DNA of 32,000 nucleotides from Cereibacter sphaeroides 2.4.1 (GCF_000012905.2 NC_007493.2:1350001-1382000); one strand, 5' to 3'; numbered from the stretch's first letter, positions 10,176 to 19,437 are shown. Numbers and translations: made by a program. Notes: generated from the letters alone by a model not told the origin.

Positions 10176-10226
10176 GGTGATGCGGCATCACCTGCCGCCC
10201 GCCACGCTTGCAGGGCGCCTGCGCTT

Positions 10227-10255
10227 TTGACAAAACCCGCCATGTCCAGTAGTCA
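10227..10255 (+). promoter_or_regulatory. Candidate bamA promoter (perfect -35)
   Basis: TTGACA at 10227-10232, a 17-nt spacer, then a weak -10 TAGTCA at 10250-10255. It is followed by a purine-rich leader with low GC at third positions. Confidence 0.3.
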
Positions 10256-10334
10256 GGGCGGAAAGAAAATGACCGAGGGCAGGCGAATGGCGAGGAACCG
10301 GACGGGGAACGGACGGACAGGGCAGGACCGTGGC

Positions 10335-12668
10335 ATGATCCGGCCGGCGGCCGTGTCGGTCTTCCTTGGCGTGGCAGGCATCGCAGCGGGCATGACCCTG
10401 CCGGCGCTGGCCCAGAACTACTCCTTCTCCGACGTCCGGATCGAGGGCAACGACCGGGTCGATGCGACGACCATCCTCGGCTTCGCCCGGATCAACCGGG
10501 GCCAGGCCATTTCGGCGGGCGAGCTGAACGAAGCCTACCAGCGGCTTGCGGATTCGGGCCTGTTCGAGACGGTCGAGATCGTGCCGCAGGGCGGCACCCT
10601 CGTGATCCGGGTGCAGGAATTCCCGACGATCAACATCATCAATTTCGAGGGCAACGCCCGCATCAAGGACGACAAGCTGGCCGGGCTGGTGAAGTCGCAG
10701 TCGCGGCGGGCCTACAATCCGGCGCAGGCCGAGGCCGACGCCGCCGCCATCACCGAAGCCTACCGCGTGCAGGGCCGGATCGCGGCCACCGTCACGCCGA
10801 AGATCATCCGCCGCTCCGACAACCGTGTCGATCTGGTGTTCGACATCGCCGAGGGCAAGGTGGTCGAGATCGAGCGCCTGTCCTTCGTGGGCAACCGCGC
10901 CTATTCCGACCGTCGCCTGCGTCAGGTGCTCGAGACGAAGCAGGCGGGCCTGCTGCGCAGCATCATCGCCTCCGATACTTTCATCGCCGAGCGGGTCGAG
11001 CTCGACAAGCAGCTCCTGCGCGACTTCTATCTCTCGCGCGGCTTCATCGACTTCGAGGTGCTCGACGCCACGGCCGAGGTCACGCGCGAACGCGACGCCT
11101 TCTTCATGACCTTCACCGTGCAGGAAGGCCAGAGCTACAGCTTCGGGCAGATCACGGCCTCGTCCGAGGTCGAGGGCATCGACGCGGCCGACTTCCAGCA
11201 GGCGCTCCGCATCCGGCGCGGCGTGACCTACTCGCCGTCGGTGGTCGAGAACAACATCGCCCGGCTCGAGTCGCTCGCGCTCCAGAAGGGGCTGAACTTC
11301 GTCCGGATCGAACCGCGCATCACCCGCAACGAGCGCAATCAGACGCTGGACGTGAACTTCGCCCTCGTCCGCGGCGAGCGCATCTTCGTCGAACGCATCG
11401 ACATCGAGGGCAACACCACGACGCTCGACCAGGTGGTCCGGCGCCAGTTCCGCACGGTCGAAGGCGACCCCTTCAACCCGCGCGAAGTGCGCCAGTCGGC
11501 CGAGCGGATCCGGGCGCTGGGATATTTCGCCAATGCCGACGTCAACACCCGCCCGGGTTCGAGCCCGGATCAGGTGGTGGTGGACGTCAACGTCGAGGAA
11601 CAGCCCACCGGCTCGCTCTCCTTCGGCGTGAGCTATGGCGTGAGCTCCGGCGTGGGCTTCTCGATCGGCTTCTCCGAGCAGAACTTCCTCGGCCGGGGCC
11701 AGATCCTCGGCGTGGACGTCTCGACCGGGACCGACAACGTCAACACGCAGCTCAATTTCGTCGAGCCCTCGTTCCTCGGCCGTGACCTGCGCTTCCGCTT
11801 CAACGCCTATTACCGCGAGACGGACAACCAGTATTCGCGCTACGACACGCGCAAGATCGGCATCAGCCCCTCGATCGAGTTCCCCGTTTCCGACAGCGGC
11901 CGGCTGGAGCTGCGCTACACCCTGTCCGAGGACAAGATCTCGAACGTGGACGGCGGGCCGAACGACACGGACGACGATGACGACGTCTCGTCGATCATCC
12001 TCATCAACGAGGAGGCGCGCGGCGCGCTGATCGCCTCGTCGGTCGGCTACACCTACTCGTGGGATTCGAACCGCGGCGGCCTCAACCCGACCGGCCGGAA
12101 CCTCCTGCGCTTCAGCCAGGACTTCGCCGGGGTCGGCGGCGACGTGGAATATGTTTCCACCACCGCGCTCGCCATGGCCGAACGCAAGGTCTGGAACGAG
12201 GAAGTCACCGTGCGGGCCATCATCGAGGGCGGCGCACTCAGCATGATCGGGGACGATCCGTCGCGCGTGACCGACCGCTTCTTCGGCAACGGCAAGATCC
12301 GCGGCTTCGAGCCGAACGGGATCGGCCCGCGCGACCTGAACGTCAGCAACGAGGACGCGCTCGGCGGCAACTATTTCGCCGTGGCACGGCTCGAGGCCGA
12401 CTTCCCGCTGGGCCTGCCCGAGGAATACGGGTTCAGCGGCGGCGTCTTTGCCGACGCGGGCTCGGTCTGGAGCCTCGACGACGTGGGCGGCGGCTCGACG
12501 GGCGACGATACCGTCGACGACGACTTCCACATCCGCTCCTCGGTCGGCGTTTCGCTGTTCTGGACCACGCCCATCGGGCCGCTGCGCTTCAACTTCGCCA
12601 AGGCGATCGAGAAGCAGGACTACGACAAGGAGCAGTTCTTCGACCTGACGATCTCGACCCGCTTCTGA
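10335..12668 (+). CDS. bamA: Outer membrane protein assembly factor BamA
   Basis: Signal peptide MIRPAAVSVFLGVAGIAAGMTLPALAQ, POTRA repeats (VRIEGNDRVD..., INFEGN..., LSFVGNRAYSD..., IDIEGNTTT...), and a C-terminal Omp85 barrel ending ...FFDLTISTRF. The start is uncertain: the track ORF opens at TTG 10227, alternatives are ATG 10269 and 10287, and I prefer ATG 10335. Confidence 0.93.
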   Translation: MIRPAAVSVFLGVAGIAAGMTLPALAQNYSFSDVRIEGNDRVDATTILGFARINRGQAISAGELNEAYQRLADSGLFETVEIVPQGGTLVIRVQEFPTINIINFEGNARIKDDKLAGLVKSQSRRAYNPAQAEADAAAITEAYRVQGRIAATVTPKIIRRSDNRVDLVFDIAEGKVVEIERLSFVGNRAYSDRRLRQVLETKQAGLLRSIIASDTFIAERVELDKQLLRDFYLSRGFIDFEVLDATAEVTRERDAFFMTFTVQEGQSYSFGQITASSEVEGIDAADFQQALRIRRGVTYSPSVVENNIARLESLALQKGLNFVRIEPRITRNERNQTLDVNFALVRGERIFVERIDIEGNTTTLDQVVRRQFRTVEGDPFNPREVRQSAERIRALGYFANADVNTRPGSSPDQVVVDVNVEEQPTGSLSFGVSYGVSSGVGFSIGFSEQNFLGRGQILGVDVSTGTDNVNTQLNFVEPSFLGRDLRFRFNAYYRETDNQYSRYDTRKIGISPSIEFPVSDSGRLELRYTLSEDKISNVDGGPNDTDDDDDVSSIILINEEARGALIASSVGYTYSWDSNRGGLNPTGRNLLRFSQDFAGVGGDVEYVSTTALAMAERKVWNEEVTVRAIIEGGALSMIGDDPSRVTDRFFGNGKIRGFEPNGIGPRDLNVSNEDALGGNYFAVARLEADFPLGLPEEYGFSGGVFADAGSVWSLDDVGGGSTGDDTVDDDFHIRSSVGVSLFWTTPIGPLRFNFAKAIEKQDYDKEQFFDLTISTRF

Positions 12669-13360
12669 TGCACGGGCTTGCGGCCGCGGCCCTCGCCTGC
12701 GTGCTGGCCCTTGCCGGCCCCGCGCAGGCGCAGTCGGAGGCGCCTCAGGTGCCTGCGGGTGTTGCGGTGATCGATCAGGGCCGGCTCATCACCGACACGG
12801 CTATGGGCCGCGCGCTCGAGCAGCGGTTTCAGGCCGCCTCGCGCGCGCTGATCGCGGAGAACCGCGAGATCGAGGCGGCGCTCGAGGCCGAGGAACGGGC
12901 CCTGACGGTGCGCCGCGCCAATATCGAGCCCGCCGAGTTCCGCCGTCTGGCTTCGGAGTTCGACGCCAAGGTCGAGGGCATCCGCAACGCGCAGGAGGCG
13001 AAGTCCCGCACGCTCACCCGCCAGCGCGACGAAGAGCGGCAGCGGATCGTCGAGCAGGCGCTGCCGATCCTCGCCCGGCTGATGCAGGACAGGGAGGCGC
13101 TGGTGCTGATCGACCGCGCCTCGGTCGTGATTTCGCGGGACGCGGCCGACATCACGGACGAAGCCATTGCCCGGCTCGATGCGCTGACGCCTCCGGCTCC
13201 GGCGACCGAAGAGGCGCCCGAACCCGCCGGAACGCCCGAGGGCGGGGCGGCGCCGTCCGGGCCCGGCGCGCTGCTGCCGCCGGTCTCCGTGCCGCCGGCT
13301 GTGGGCACGGCGCCCGAAACCCCGGACGACAGGCCGCAGTCCCCCGCCGCCACCCCGTGA
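12668..13360 (+). CDS. OmpH/Skp-family periplasmic chaperone with a Pro/Ala-rich C-terminal tail
   Basis: ATG 12668 overlaps the bamA stop (TGATG). Signal peptide [22 protein letters not shown], then a charged coiled-coil region ([17 protein letters not shown]...[23 protein letters not shown]) and a ...[12 protein letters not shown] ending typical of OmpH. It occupies the canonical position after bamA. Confidence 0.85.
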
Positions 13361-13445
13361 CCCTGCGGCTTGCCCGCGTGCCGGAGCCTTGCTAGCAAGG
13401 TCCGGCCCCCCGGGGCCGCTCCACCCTCTGCCAAGGACCCCTGCG

Positions 13446-13913
13446 ATGACCGAAGCCGCAGAAGCGACGCTCTCCGCCGATATCCAGTTGATCCAGCGGA
13501 TCATCCCGCACCGTTACCCGTTCCTGCTGGTGGACCGGGTGCGCGACATCGTCCCGAACAAGAGCGCCGTCGGCATCAAATGCGTCACGATGAACGAGCC
13601 GCAGTTCACGGGGCACTTCCCCGGCCTGCCGATCTTCCCGGGCGTGCAGATCATCGAGGCCATGGCGCAGACTTCGGCCGTGCTGGTCGGCGTCTCGATG
13701 GATCTCGCCGACAAGGGCGCCAAGGTCTATTTCATGGGCATCGACGGGGCCAAGTTCCGGCGCAAGGTCGTGCCGGGCGACGTGCTCGAGATGACCGTCA
13801 CCGTGAAGCGCGGCGGCGGCAAGGTCTGGAAGTTCGAGGGCCGGGCCTCCGTCGACGGGGAACTGGCCGCCGAGGCGGAATTCTCCGCCATGCTCGATTT
13901 GCCGAAAGGATAA
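13446..13913 (+). CDS. fabZ: 3-hydroxyacyl-ACP dehydratase FabZ
   Basis: [14 protein letters not shown]...[26 protein letters not shown], the hot-dog-fold FabZ signature. ATG 13446 is preferred over the track start 13389. Confidence 0.93.
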
Positions 13914-13916
13914 GGA

Positions 13917-14699
13917 ATGGCAGAGATCCATCCCTCCGCCATCGTGGAGCCGGGCGCGGTCATCGGCGAGGGCTGCAGCATCGGCCCCTTCGCGGTGATC
14001 GGGCCCGAGGTGACGCTCGGCCCCGGCGTCGTGGTCAAGAGCCATGCCGTCGTGACCGGCTGGACCGAGATCGGCGCCGAGACGGTGATCTTCCCCTTCG
14101 CCGTCGTGGGCGAGGTGCCGCAGGACCTGAAATACCGGGGCGAGCGCACGCGTCTCTTCGTGGGCGCGCGCTGCCGCATCCGCGAGGGCGCGACGCTGAA
14201 CCTCGGCACCGAGGGCGGCGGCGGGGTGACGCGGGTGGGGGATGACTGCTTGTTGATGACGGGCGCCCATGTGGGTCATGACGCGACACTCGGCAACCGG
14301 GTGATCCTCGCCAATCAGGCCGCCATCGCGGGCCATTGCTGGCTCGGCGACGATGTGATCGTGGGCGGGCTCTCAGGCGTGCACCAGTGGGTGCGCGTGG
14401 GCCGCGGCGCGATCATCGGCGCGGTCACGATGGTGACGAACGATGTGCTGCCGCACGGGCTCGTGCAGGCGCCGCGGGGGGAACTCGACGGGCTGAACCT
14501 CGTCGGGCTGAAGCGCCGCGGCGTAAGCCGGGCCGAGATCACGGCGCTCCGCGCGGCCTATCAGATGCTCGCGCAGGGCGAGGGCACCTTCCTCGACCGG
14601 GCCCGGCGTCTGGCCGACGAGACCGAAAGCTCCCATGTCCGCGAGATGACCGACTTCATCCTCGCCGCGACCGACCGCTCGTTCCTGACGCCGCAATGA
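13917..14699 (+). CDS. lpxA: Acyl-ACP--UDP-N-acetylglucosamine O-acyltransferase
   Basis: N-terminal hexapeptide repeats (IHPSAIVEPGAVIGEGCSIGPFAVIGPEVTLG...), GDDCLLMTGAHVGHD, and the C-terminal helical domain GLNLVGLKRRG. Confidence 0.93.
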   Translation: MAEIHPSAIVEPGAVIGEGCSIGPFAVIGPEVTLGPGVVVKSHAVVTGWTEIGAETVIFPFAVVGEVPQDLKYRGERTRLFVGARCRIREGATLNLGTEGGGGVTRVGDDCLLMTGAHVGHDATLGNRVILANQAAIAGHCWLGDDVIVGGLSGVHQWVRVGRGAIIGAVTMVTNDVLPHGLVQAPRGELDGLNLVGLKRRGVSRAEITALRAAYQMLAQGEGTFLDRARRLADETESSHVREMTDFILAATDRSFLTPQ

Positions 14700-15517
14700 C
14701 CCGGGCCGCGACCGCGATCATCGCCGGGTCGGGCGCCCTGCCGCGCCATCTGGCCGAGGCATTGCGGAGCGCGGGCGAGGCCCCGCTGGTGGCCGCGCTC
14801 GAAGGATTTCCGCCCGAAGGGCTCGCGCCCGACATCACCTTCCGCGTCGAGCGGCTGGTGCCCTTCCTGCGCGCGCTCGAGGAAGCCCGCGTCGCGCGGC
14901 TGGTCTTTGCGGGCGCGGTCAGCCGGCCGCGGCTCGATCCCTCGCTCTTCGATCCGCTGACCGCGCAGATGGTGCCGCGGCTGATCGGCGCCATGCAGGC
15001 GGGCGACGATGCCACGCTCCGCGCCGTGATCGGCATCTTCGAGGAAGAGGGCTTCTCGGTGGCGGGCGTGGCCGAGATCGCGCCGGATCTCGTGCCGGAC
15101 GCAGGCATCCTCTGGGGCGCGCCGAGCGAGGGCGACCGGCGCGATGCAGCCCGCGCGGCGGCCATCGTCGAGGCGGTGGGCCGGGTCGACGTTGGTCAGG
15201 GCGCGGTGGTGGCGCAGGGCCTCTGCCTCGCGGTAGAGGCGCTGCCCGGCACGGATGCGATGCTCGACTGGGTGGCCGCGACCGCGCGGCGGCCCGATCC
15301 TGCGGGCGCGCGGGGCGTGCTCTACAAGGCGCCGAAGCCGGGGCAGGATCGGCGCATCGACCTGCCGACGCTGGGGCCCGCCACCGTGGCGCGTGCGGCC
15401 GCGGCAGGCCTTGCGGGCCTTGTCTGGGAGGCGGGGGGCGTGATCCTCCTCGACCGGGCCGAGGCGGTGCGCGCGGCCGAGGAGGCGGGCCTCTTCCTCT
15501 GGGCGAGGGAGCCATGA
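14696..15517 (+). CDS. lpxI: UDP-2,3-diacylglucosamine diphosphatase LpxI (DUF1009 family)
   Basis: ATG 14696 overlaps the lpxA TGA (ATGA). Motifs: IIAGSGALP..., VDVGQGAVVAQGLCLAVEALPGTDAML, and VLYKAPKPGQDRRIDLPTLGPATV. It holds the alphaproteobacterial lpxA-lpxI-lpxB position. Confidence 0.8.
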   Translation: MTRAATAIIAGSGALPRHLAEALRSAGEAPLVAALEGFPPEGLAPDITFRVERLVPFLRALEEARVARLVFAGAVSRPRLDPSLFDPLTAQMVPRLIGAMQAGDDATLRAVIGIFEEEGFSVAGVAEIAPDLVPDAGILWGAPSEGDRRDAARAAAIVEAVGRVDVGQGAVVAQGLCLAVEALPGTDAMLDWVAATARRPDPAGARGVLYKAPKPGQDRRIDLPTLGPATVARAAAAGLAGLVWEAGGVILLDRAEAVRAAEEAGLFLWAREP

Positions 15518-16653
15518 AACTCTTCCTGATCGCGGGCGAGCCCTCCGGCGACCGCCTCGGCGGCGCGCTCATGGCGGGGCTCTCCGAGCTTGCGCCGGGG
15601 ATGGAGTTCGCCGGCGTGGGCGGCCCCGCGATGCAGGCCCGGGGGCTTTCGAGCCTCTTTCCGATGGAGGAACTCTCCGTCATGGGGCTGGCCGAGATCC
15701 TGCCGAAATATCTCCACCTGCGCCGCCGGGTGCGCGAGGCGGCCGAAGCCTGCCTCGGTTCGGGCGCCGAGGCGCTGGTGACCATCGACAGCCCGGACTT
15801 CGGCCTGAGGGTCGCGGCGCTGGTGAAGCAGGCGAAGCCCTCCGTCCGCACCATCCACTATGTCGCCCCCTCGGTCTGGGCCTGGCGGCCGGGCCGGGCG
15901 GCGAAGATGGCGCGGCATGTCGATCACGTTCTGGCGCTGCTGCCCTTCGAGCCGCCCTACATGACGGCGGCGGGCATGAGCTGCGATTTCGTGGGCCATC
16001 CGGTCGTGGCCGAGCCGCGGGCGAGCGAGGCCGAGGTGCAGGCGCTGCGCGAGCGGCTGGGAACGGGCCCCGCGATCCTCGTGCTGCCGGGCTCGCGAAG
16101 GTCCGAGGTCACGCGGCTCGCCCCGGTCTTCGGCGAGGTGCTGGCCCGGCTGCGCCACCGCCATCCGGGGCTCACCGCCCTCGTGCCGACCGTGCCGCAT
16201 GTGGCGGGCCTCGTGCGCGAGCTGGTGGCGGGGTGGCCCGTGCATCCTCTGGTGATCGAGGAGGCCGAGCGCAAGCGCGCGGCCTTCGCTGCCGCCGATG
16301 TGGCGCTGGCGGCCTCGGGCACCGTCTCGCTCGAGCTTGCAGCGAACGGCACGCCCATGGTGATCGCCTACGACATGAACCCGCTGTCGATGTGGCTCAT
16401 CACGCGGATGGCGCGGATCGACACGGTGACGCTGGTCAATCTCGTCTCGGACAGCCGCGTGATCCCCGAATTCCTCGGGCCGCGCTGCAAGGCCGAGATG
16501 ATTGCGCCTGCACTGCTGGGGCTCCTCGAGGACGCGGGCCAGCGCGCGGCGCAGGGGGCGGCCATGGAACTCACGATGGAGCGGCTGGGGCAGGGCGGCG
16601 AGCCGCCGGGCCTGCGCGCCGCGCGCTCGGTCCTGTCGGTGCTGCCCGGCTGA
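15514..16653 (+). CDS. lpxB: Lipid-A-disaccharide synthase
   Basis: MKLFLIAGEPSGDRLGG..., IDSPDFGLR, YVAPSVWAWRPGRA, and SGTVSLELAANGTPMVIAY. ATGA overlap with lpxI. Confidence 0.93.
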   Translation: MKLFLIAGEPSGDRLGGALMAGLSELAPGMEFAGVGGPAMQARGLSSLFPMEELSVMGLAEILPKYLHLRRRVREAAEACLGSGAEALVTIDSPDFGLRVAALVKQAKPSVRTIHYVAPSVWAWRPGRAAKMARHVDHVLALLPFEPPYMTAAGMSCDFVGHPVVAEPRASEAEVQALRERLGTGPAILVLPGSRRSEVTRLAPVFGEVLARLRHRHPGLTALVPTVPHVAGLVRELVAGWPVHPLVIEEAERKRAAFAAADVALAASGTVSLELAANGTPMVIAYDMNPLSMWLITRMARIDTVTLVNLVSDSRVIPEFLGPRCKAEMIAPALLGLLEDAGQRAAQGAAMELTMERLGQGGEPPGLRAARSVLSVLPG

Positions 16654-16776
16654 GGGCCGCGAGCGGCCGGCCGGAAGCGCGCCGTCCCTGCCGCGGGTCG
16701 CATCGGGCAGGGGGCATCTCGGCGGTCCGCCCGCGGACACGTTGACGCGGGGCGCGGCCCCCTGTAGCGGACGGGC

Positions 16777-18600
16777 ATGGCACGCGCACCCCTTCTCCAG
16801 CTTTCCGGCATTTCCCTCACCTTCGGCGGCGAGCCGATCTTCGACGGGCTCGATCTCGTCGTCCAGCCGCAGGACCGGGTGGCCCTCGTCGGCCGCAACG
16901 GCTCGGGCAAGTCCACGCTTCTCAAGGTCATGGCGGGCCTCGTCGAGCCCGACCGGGGCGAGCGCGTGGTGCCGGCGGGCACCTCCGTGGGCTACATGGA
17001 GCAGGATCCCGACCTGTCGGCCTTCGCCACGCTCGGCGATTATGCCGCCTCGGGTCTCGCGCATGGCGAGGAATACCGGGTCGAGATGGCGGCGGAGGGG
17101 CTGAAGTTCCGGCCCGAGACCCCGGTCGCCACCGCCTCGGGCGGCGAACGGCGGCGGGCGGCGCTGGCCAAGCTCATGGCCGAGGCGCCGGAACTGATGC
17201 TGCTCGACGAGCCCACGAACCACCTCGACATTCAGGCGATCCAGTGGCTCGAGGCCCAGTTGGCCGAGACCCGCACGGCCTTCGTCCTCATCAGCCACGA
17301 CCGCGCCTTCCTGCGCGCCCTCTCGCGCGCGACGCTCTGGATCGACCGCGGACAGGTGCGCCGCCGCGAGGCGGGGTTCGAGGGCTTCGAGGAATGGCGC
17401 GAGCAGATCTGGGCCGAGGAGGACGATCAGCGCCACAAGCTCGACCGCAAGATCAAGGCCGAGGCCCGCTGGGCGGTCGAAGGGATCTCGGCGCGTCGGA
17501 AGCGCAATCAGGGCAGGCTCCGGGCGCTGGCCGCGATGCGTGAGGAACGCCGGTCGCAGATTCGCCGGCAGGGCACGGCGGCGCTGGAATTCGAGGCGGG
17601 GACCACCTCGGGCAAGCGCGTGATCGAGGCGAAGGGGATCACGAAAGCTTTCGACGGGCAACCGATCGTGAAGGATTTCTCGCTCCGCGTGCTGCGCGGA
17701 GACCGCGTGGCCTTCGTCGGACCGAACGGGGTGGGCAAGACGACGCTCCTGAAACTCCTCACCGGCGAGATGGAGCCCGATGCGGGCAGCGTGACGCTCG
17801 GCACCAACCTGCAGGTGGCGGTGTTCGATCAGACCCGCGCCCAACTCGACCCCGAGGCCTCGCTCTGGGACAGCCTGACGACCGATCCCGCCATGCGCGT
17901 CTCGGGCCAGCAGGATCAGGTGCTGGTGCGCGGCCAGCCGCGGCATGTGGTGGGCTATCTCAAGGACTTCCTCTTCGACGAGCGGCAGGCCCGCGCGCCG
18001 GTGCGCTCGCTTTCGGGCGGCGAGAAGGCGCGGCTTCTGCTCGCGCGGATCATGGCGCGCGAGTCGAACCTCCTGATCCTCGACGAGCCGACCAACGATC
18101 TCGACGTCGAGACGCTCGATCTTTTGCAGGACATCCTCGGGGATTACGAGGGCACGGTGCTTCTCGTGAGCCACGACCGGGACTTCATCGACCGGGTGGC
18201 CACGACCACGGTCGCGCTGGAGGGGCAGGGCCGCGCCACCGTCTATGCGGGTGGCTGGACCGACCATCTGGCCCAGCGGGGCGATGCCGCGCCCGCGGCC
18301 CCGCCGCGGGCCGAGCCTTCGCGCGAGGCCCCGAAGGCCGCGCCGAAACCCGAGGCGCGCAAGCTCTCGGAAGGCCTCACCTTCACCGAGCGCAAGCGTC
18401 TCGACGCGCTTCCGGGCCTCATCGAGCGGCTCGAGGCCGAGATCGCGAAGCTCGGGGAGTTCCTCGCGGCCGACGACCTCTTCACCCGCGAGCCGGTCAA
18501 GTTCCAGAAGGCCAGCGAGGCGATGGCGGAGCGTCAGGCCCTTTTGTCGCAGGCCGAAGAGGAGTGGCTGACGCTCGAAGACAAGGCCAGCAAAGGTTAG
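16777..18600 (+). CDS. ABC-F family ATPase (Uup-like, two ABC domains plus a C-terminal coiled coil)
   Basis: Two Walker A motifs (GRNGSGKST and GPNGVGKTT), two signature/Walker B sets (ASGGERRRAALAKL...LLLDEPTNHLD and LSGGEKARLLLAR...LILDEPTNDLD), and no TM domain. Confidence 0.88.
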   Translation: MARAPLLQLSGISLTFGGEPIFDGLDLVVQPQDRVALVGRNGSGKSTLLKVMAGLVEPDRGERVVPAGTSVGYMEQDPDLSAFATLGDYAASGLAHGEEYRVEMAAEGLKFRPETPVATASGGERRRAALAKLMAEAPELMLLDEPTNHLDIQAIQWLEAQLAETRTAFVLISHDRAFLRALSRATLWIDRGQVRRREAGFEGFEEWREQIWAEEDDQRHKLDRKIKAEARWAVEGISARRKRNQGRLRALAAMREERRSQIRRQGTAALEFEAGTTSGKRVIEAKGITKAFDGQPIVKDFSLRVLRGDRVAFVGPNGVGKTTLLKLLTGEMEPDAGSVTLGTNLQVAVFDQTRAQLDPEASLWDSLTTDPAMRVSGQQDQVLVRGQPRHVVGYLKDFLFDERQARAPVRSLSGGEKARLLLARIMARESNLLILDEPTNDLDVETLDLLQDILGDYEGTVLLVSHDRDFIDRVATTTVALEGQGRATVYAGGWTDHLAQRGDAAPAAPPRAEPSREAPKAAPKPEARKLSEGLTFTERKRLDALPGLIERLEAEIAKLGEFLAADDLFTREPVKFQKASEAMAERQALLSQAEEEWLTLEDKASKG

Positions 18601-18812
18601 CCGATGTCCTGTCCGCCTTGCGCTGGAATTGGCGCATGGCACTCTCCGCGTATCACCTCCTCGTGAGCAGATCTGGCGAACCCCCCTTCCGAGAAATAGG
18701 ACATGTGCACGGAAGGCGTCGTCATCCCCGGCGACGCGAGACCGTCAACGAGAGATCCGGCATCCCCGCAAAAGCAGCAGTGCGGACGTCGGAAGCTTAA
18801 TTGGAGACAGAG

Positions 18813-19415
18813 ATGAAACGCATTGTAGCGCTCGCGCTCGGTGGCCTTCTTGCCGCTCCCGCCTTTGCCGGCGGTCCGGTGACCGTGGCCCCGGAACCGG
18901 TGGTTGAGCCGGTGCCCGCCCCCGTCGTGGTCGCGCCCGTTGCCGACTGGAGCGGATTCTACGTTGGTGGCCAACTGGGCTACGGCAAAGTCGACACGAA
19001 CATCGACGACCTCGACGGCAACGGCGCCATCGGCGGTCTGCACGCCGGCTACCGCTACGACTTCGGCCGCGCCGTCGTCGGTGCCGAACTGGCCTATGAC
19101 GTGACGAACATCGACCTCGACGGCATCCCCGACAGCGAGCTCGACAACGTCACCACGCTGAAGCTGATGGCGGGCGGCAAGATGGGCAAAGGCCTGCTCT
19201 ACGCCACGGCCGGCGGCAGCTGGGCTGACGCCAGCATCGGCGGTGCGGACGTCTCGGACAACGGCTACGTCTACGGCATCGGCTACGACTACATGGTCAA
19301 TGACCGTTGGTCGGTCGGCGCCGAACTCCTGCGCCACACCTGGGACGACTTCGACGACTCGGGCGTCGATGTGGACGCGACCACGCTGCAGGCGAAGGTC
19401 GGCTTCCGCTTCTGA
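18813..19415 (+). CDS. Small beta-barrel outer membrane protein (OmpA-like/Omp25-31 porin family)
   Basis: GGAG lies 8 nt upstream of ATG 18813. Signal peptide MKRIVALALGGLLAAPAFA, a Pro/Val-rich linker, alternating-hydrophobicity strands (WSGFYVGGQLGYG, GGLHAGYRYDF, VGAELAY), and a terminal ...KVGFRF. Confidence 0.8.
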   Translation: MKRIVALALGGLLAAPAFAGGPVTVAPEPVVEPVPAPVVVAPVADWSGFYVGGQLGYGKVDTNIDDLDGNGAIGGLHAGYRYDFGRAVVGAELAYDVTNIDLDGIPDSELDNVTTLKLMAGGKMGKGLLYATAGGSWADASIGGADVSDNGYVYGIGYDYMVNDRWSVGAELLRHTWDDFDDSGVDVDATTLQAKVGFRF

Positions 19416-19437
19416 GGCCGTCAGGCCTGACCACAGG

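Noticed and set aside
9887-10180. 97-aa track ORF in the rseP-bamA spacer
   Set aside because: It is Arg/Pro/Gly-rich with no RBS. It occupies a different frame from the 45-codon ORF (10038-10175), which has an SD, host-like codon bias and a clean TM helix.
11552-11568. tRNA T-arm-like sequence cccgggttcgagcccgg
   Set aside because: It lies inside the bamA coding frame (…NTRPGSSPDQ…). There is no acceptor, D or anticodon arm around it, so it is a coincidental match.
10188-12530. 780-aa minus-strand ORF antisense to bamA
   Set aside because: It mirrors the bamA frame and has a low-complexity Asp/Arg/Val/Ala-rich product, whereas bamA on the plus strand has POTRA repeats and an Omp85 barrel.
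15322-18642. 1106-aa minus-strand ORF antisense to lpxB and the ABC-F gene
   Set aside because: Same artefact: Arg/Gly/Pro/Leu-rich, with no motifs and no RBS. The sense strand encodes proteins with clear Walker and LpxB signatures.
18564-18907. Track ORFs 18564..18800 and 18629..18907, plus a 37-codon ATG ORF in the ABC-F/OMP spacer
   Set aside because: The products are basic and low-complexity, they have poor codon bias and no properly spaced RBS. The region is better explained as the promoter and leader of the OMP gene.
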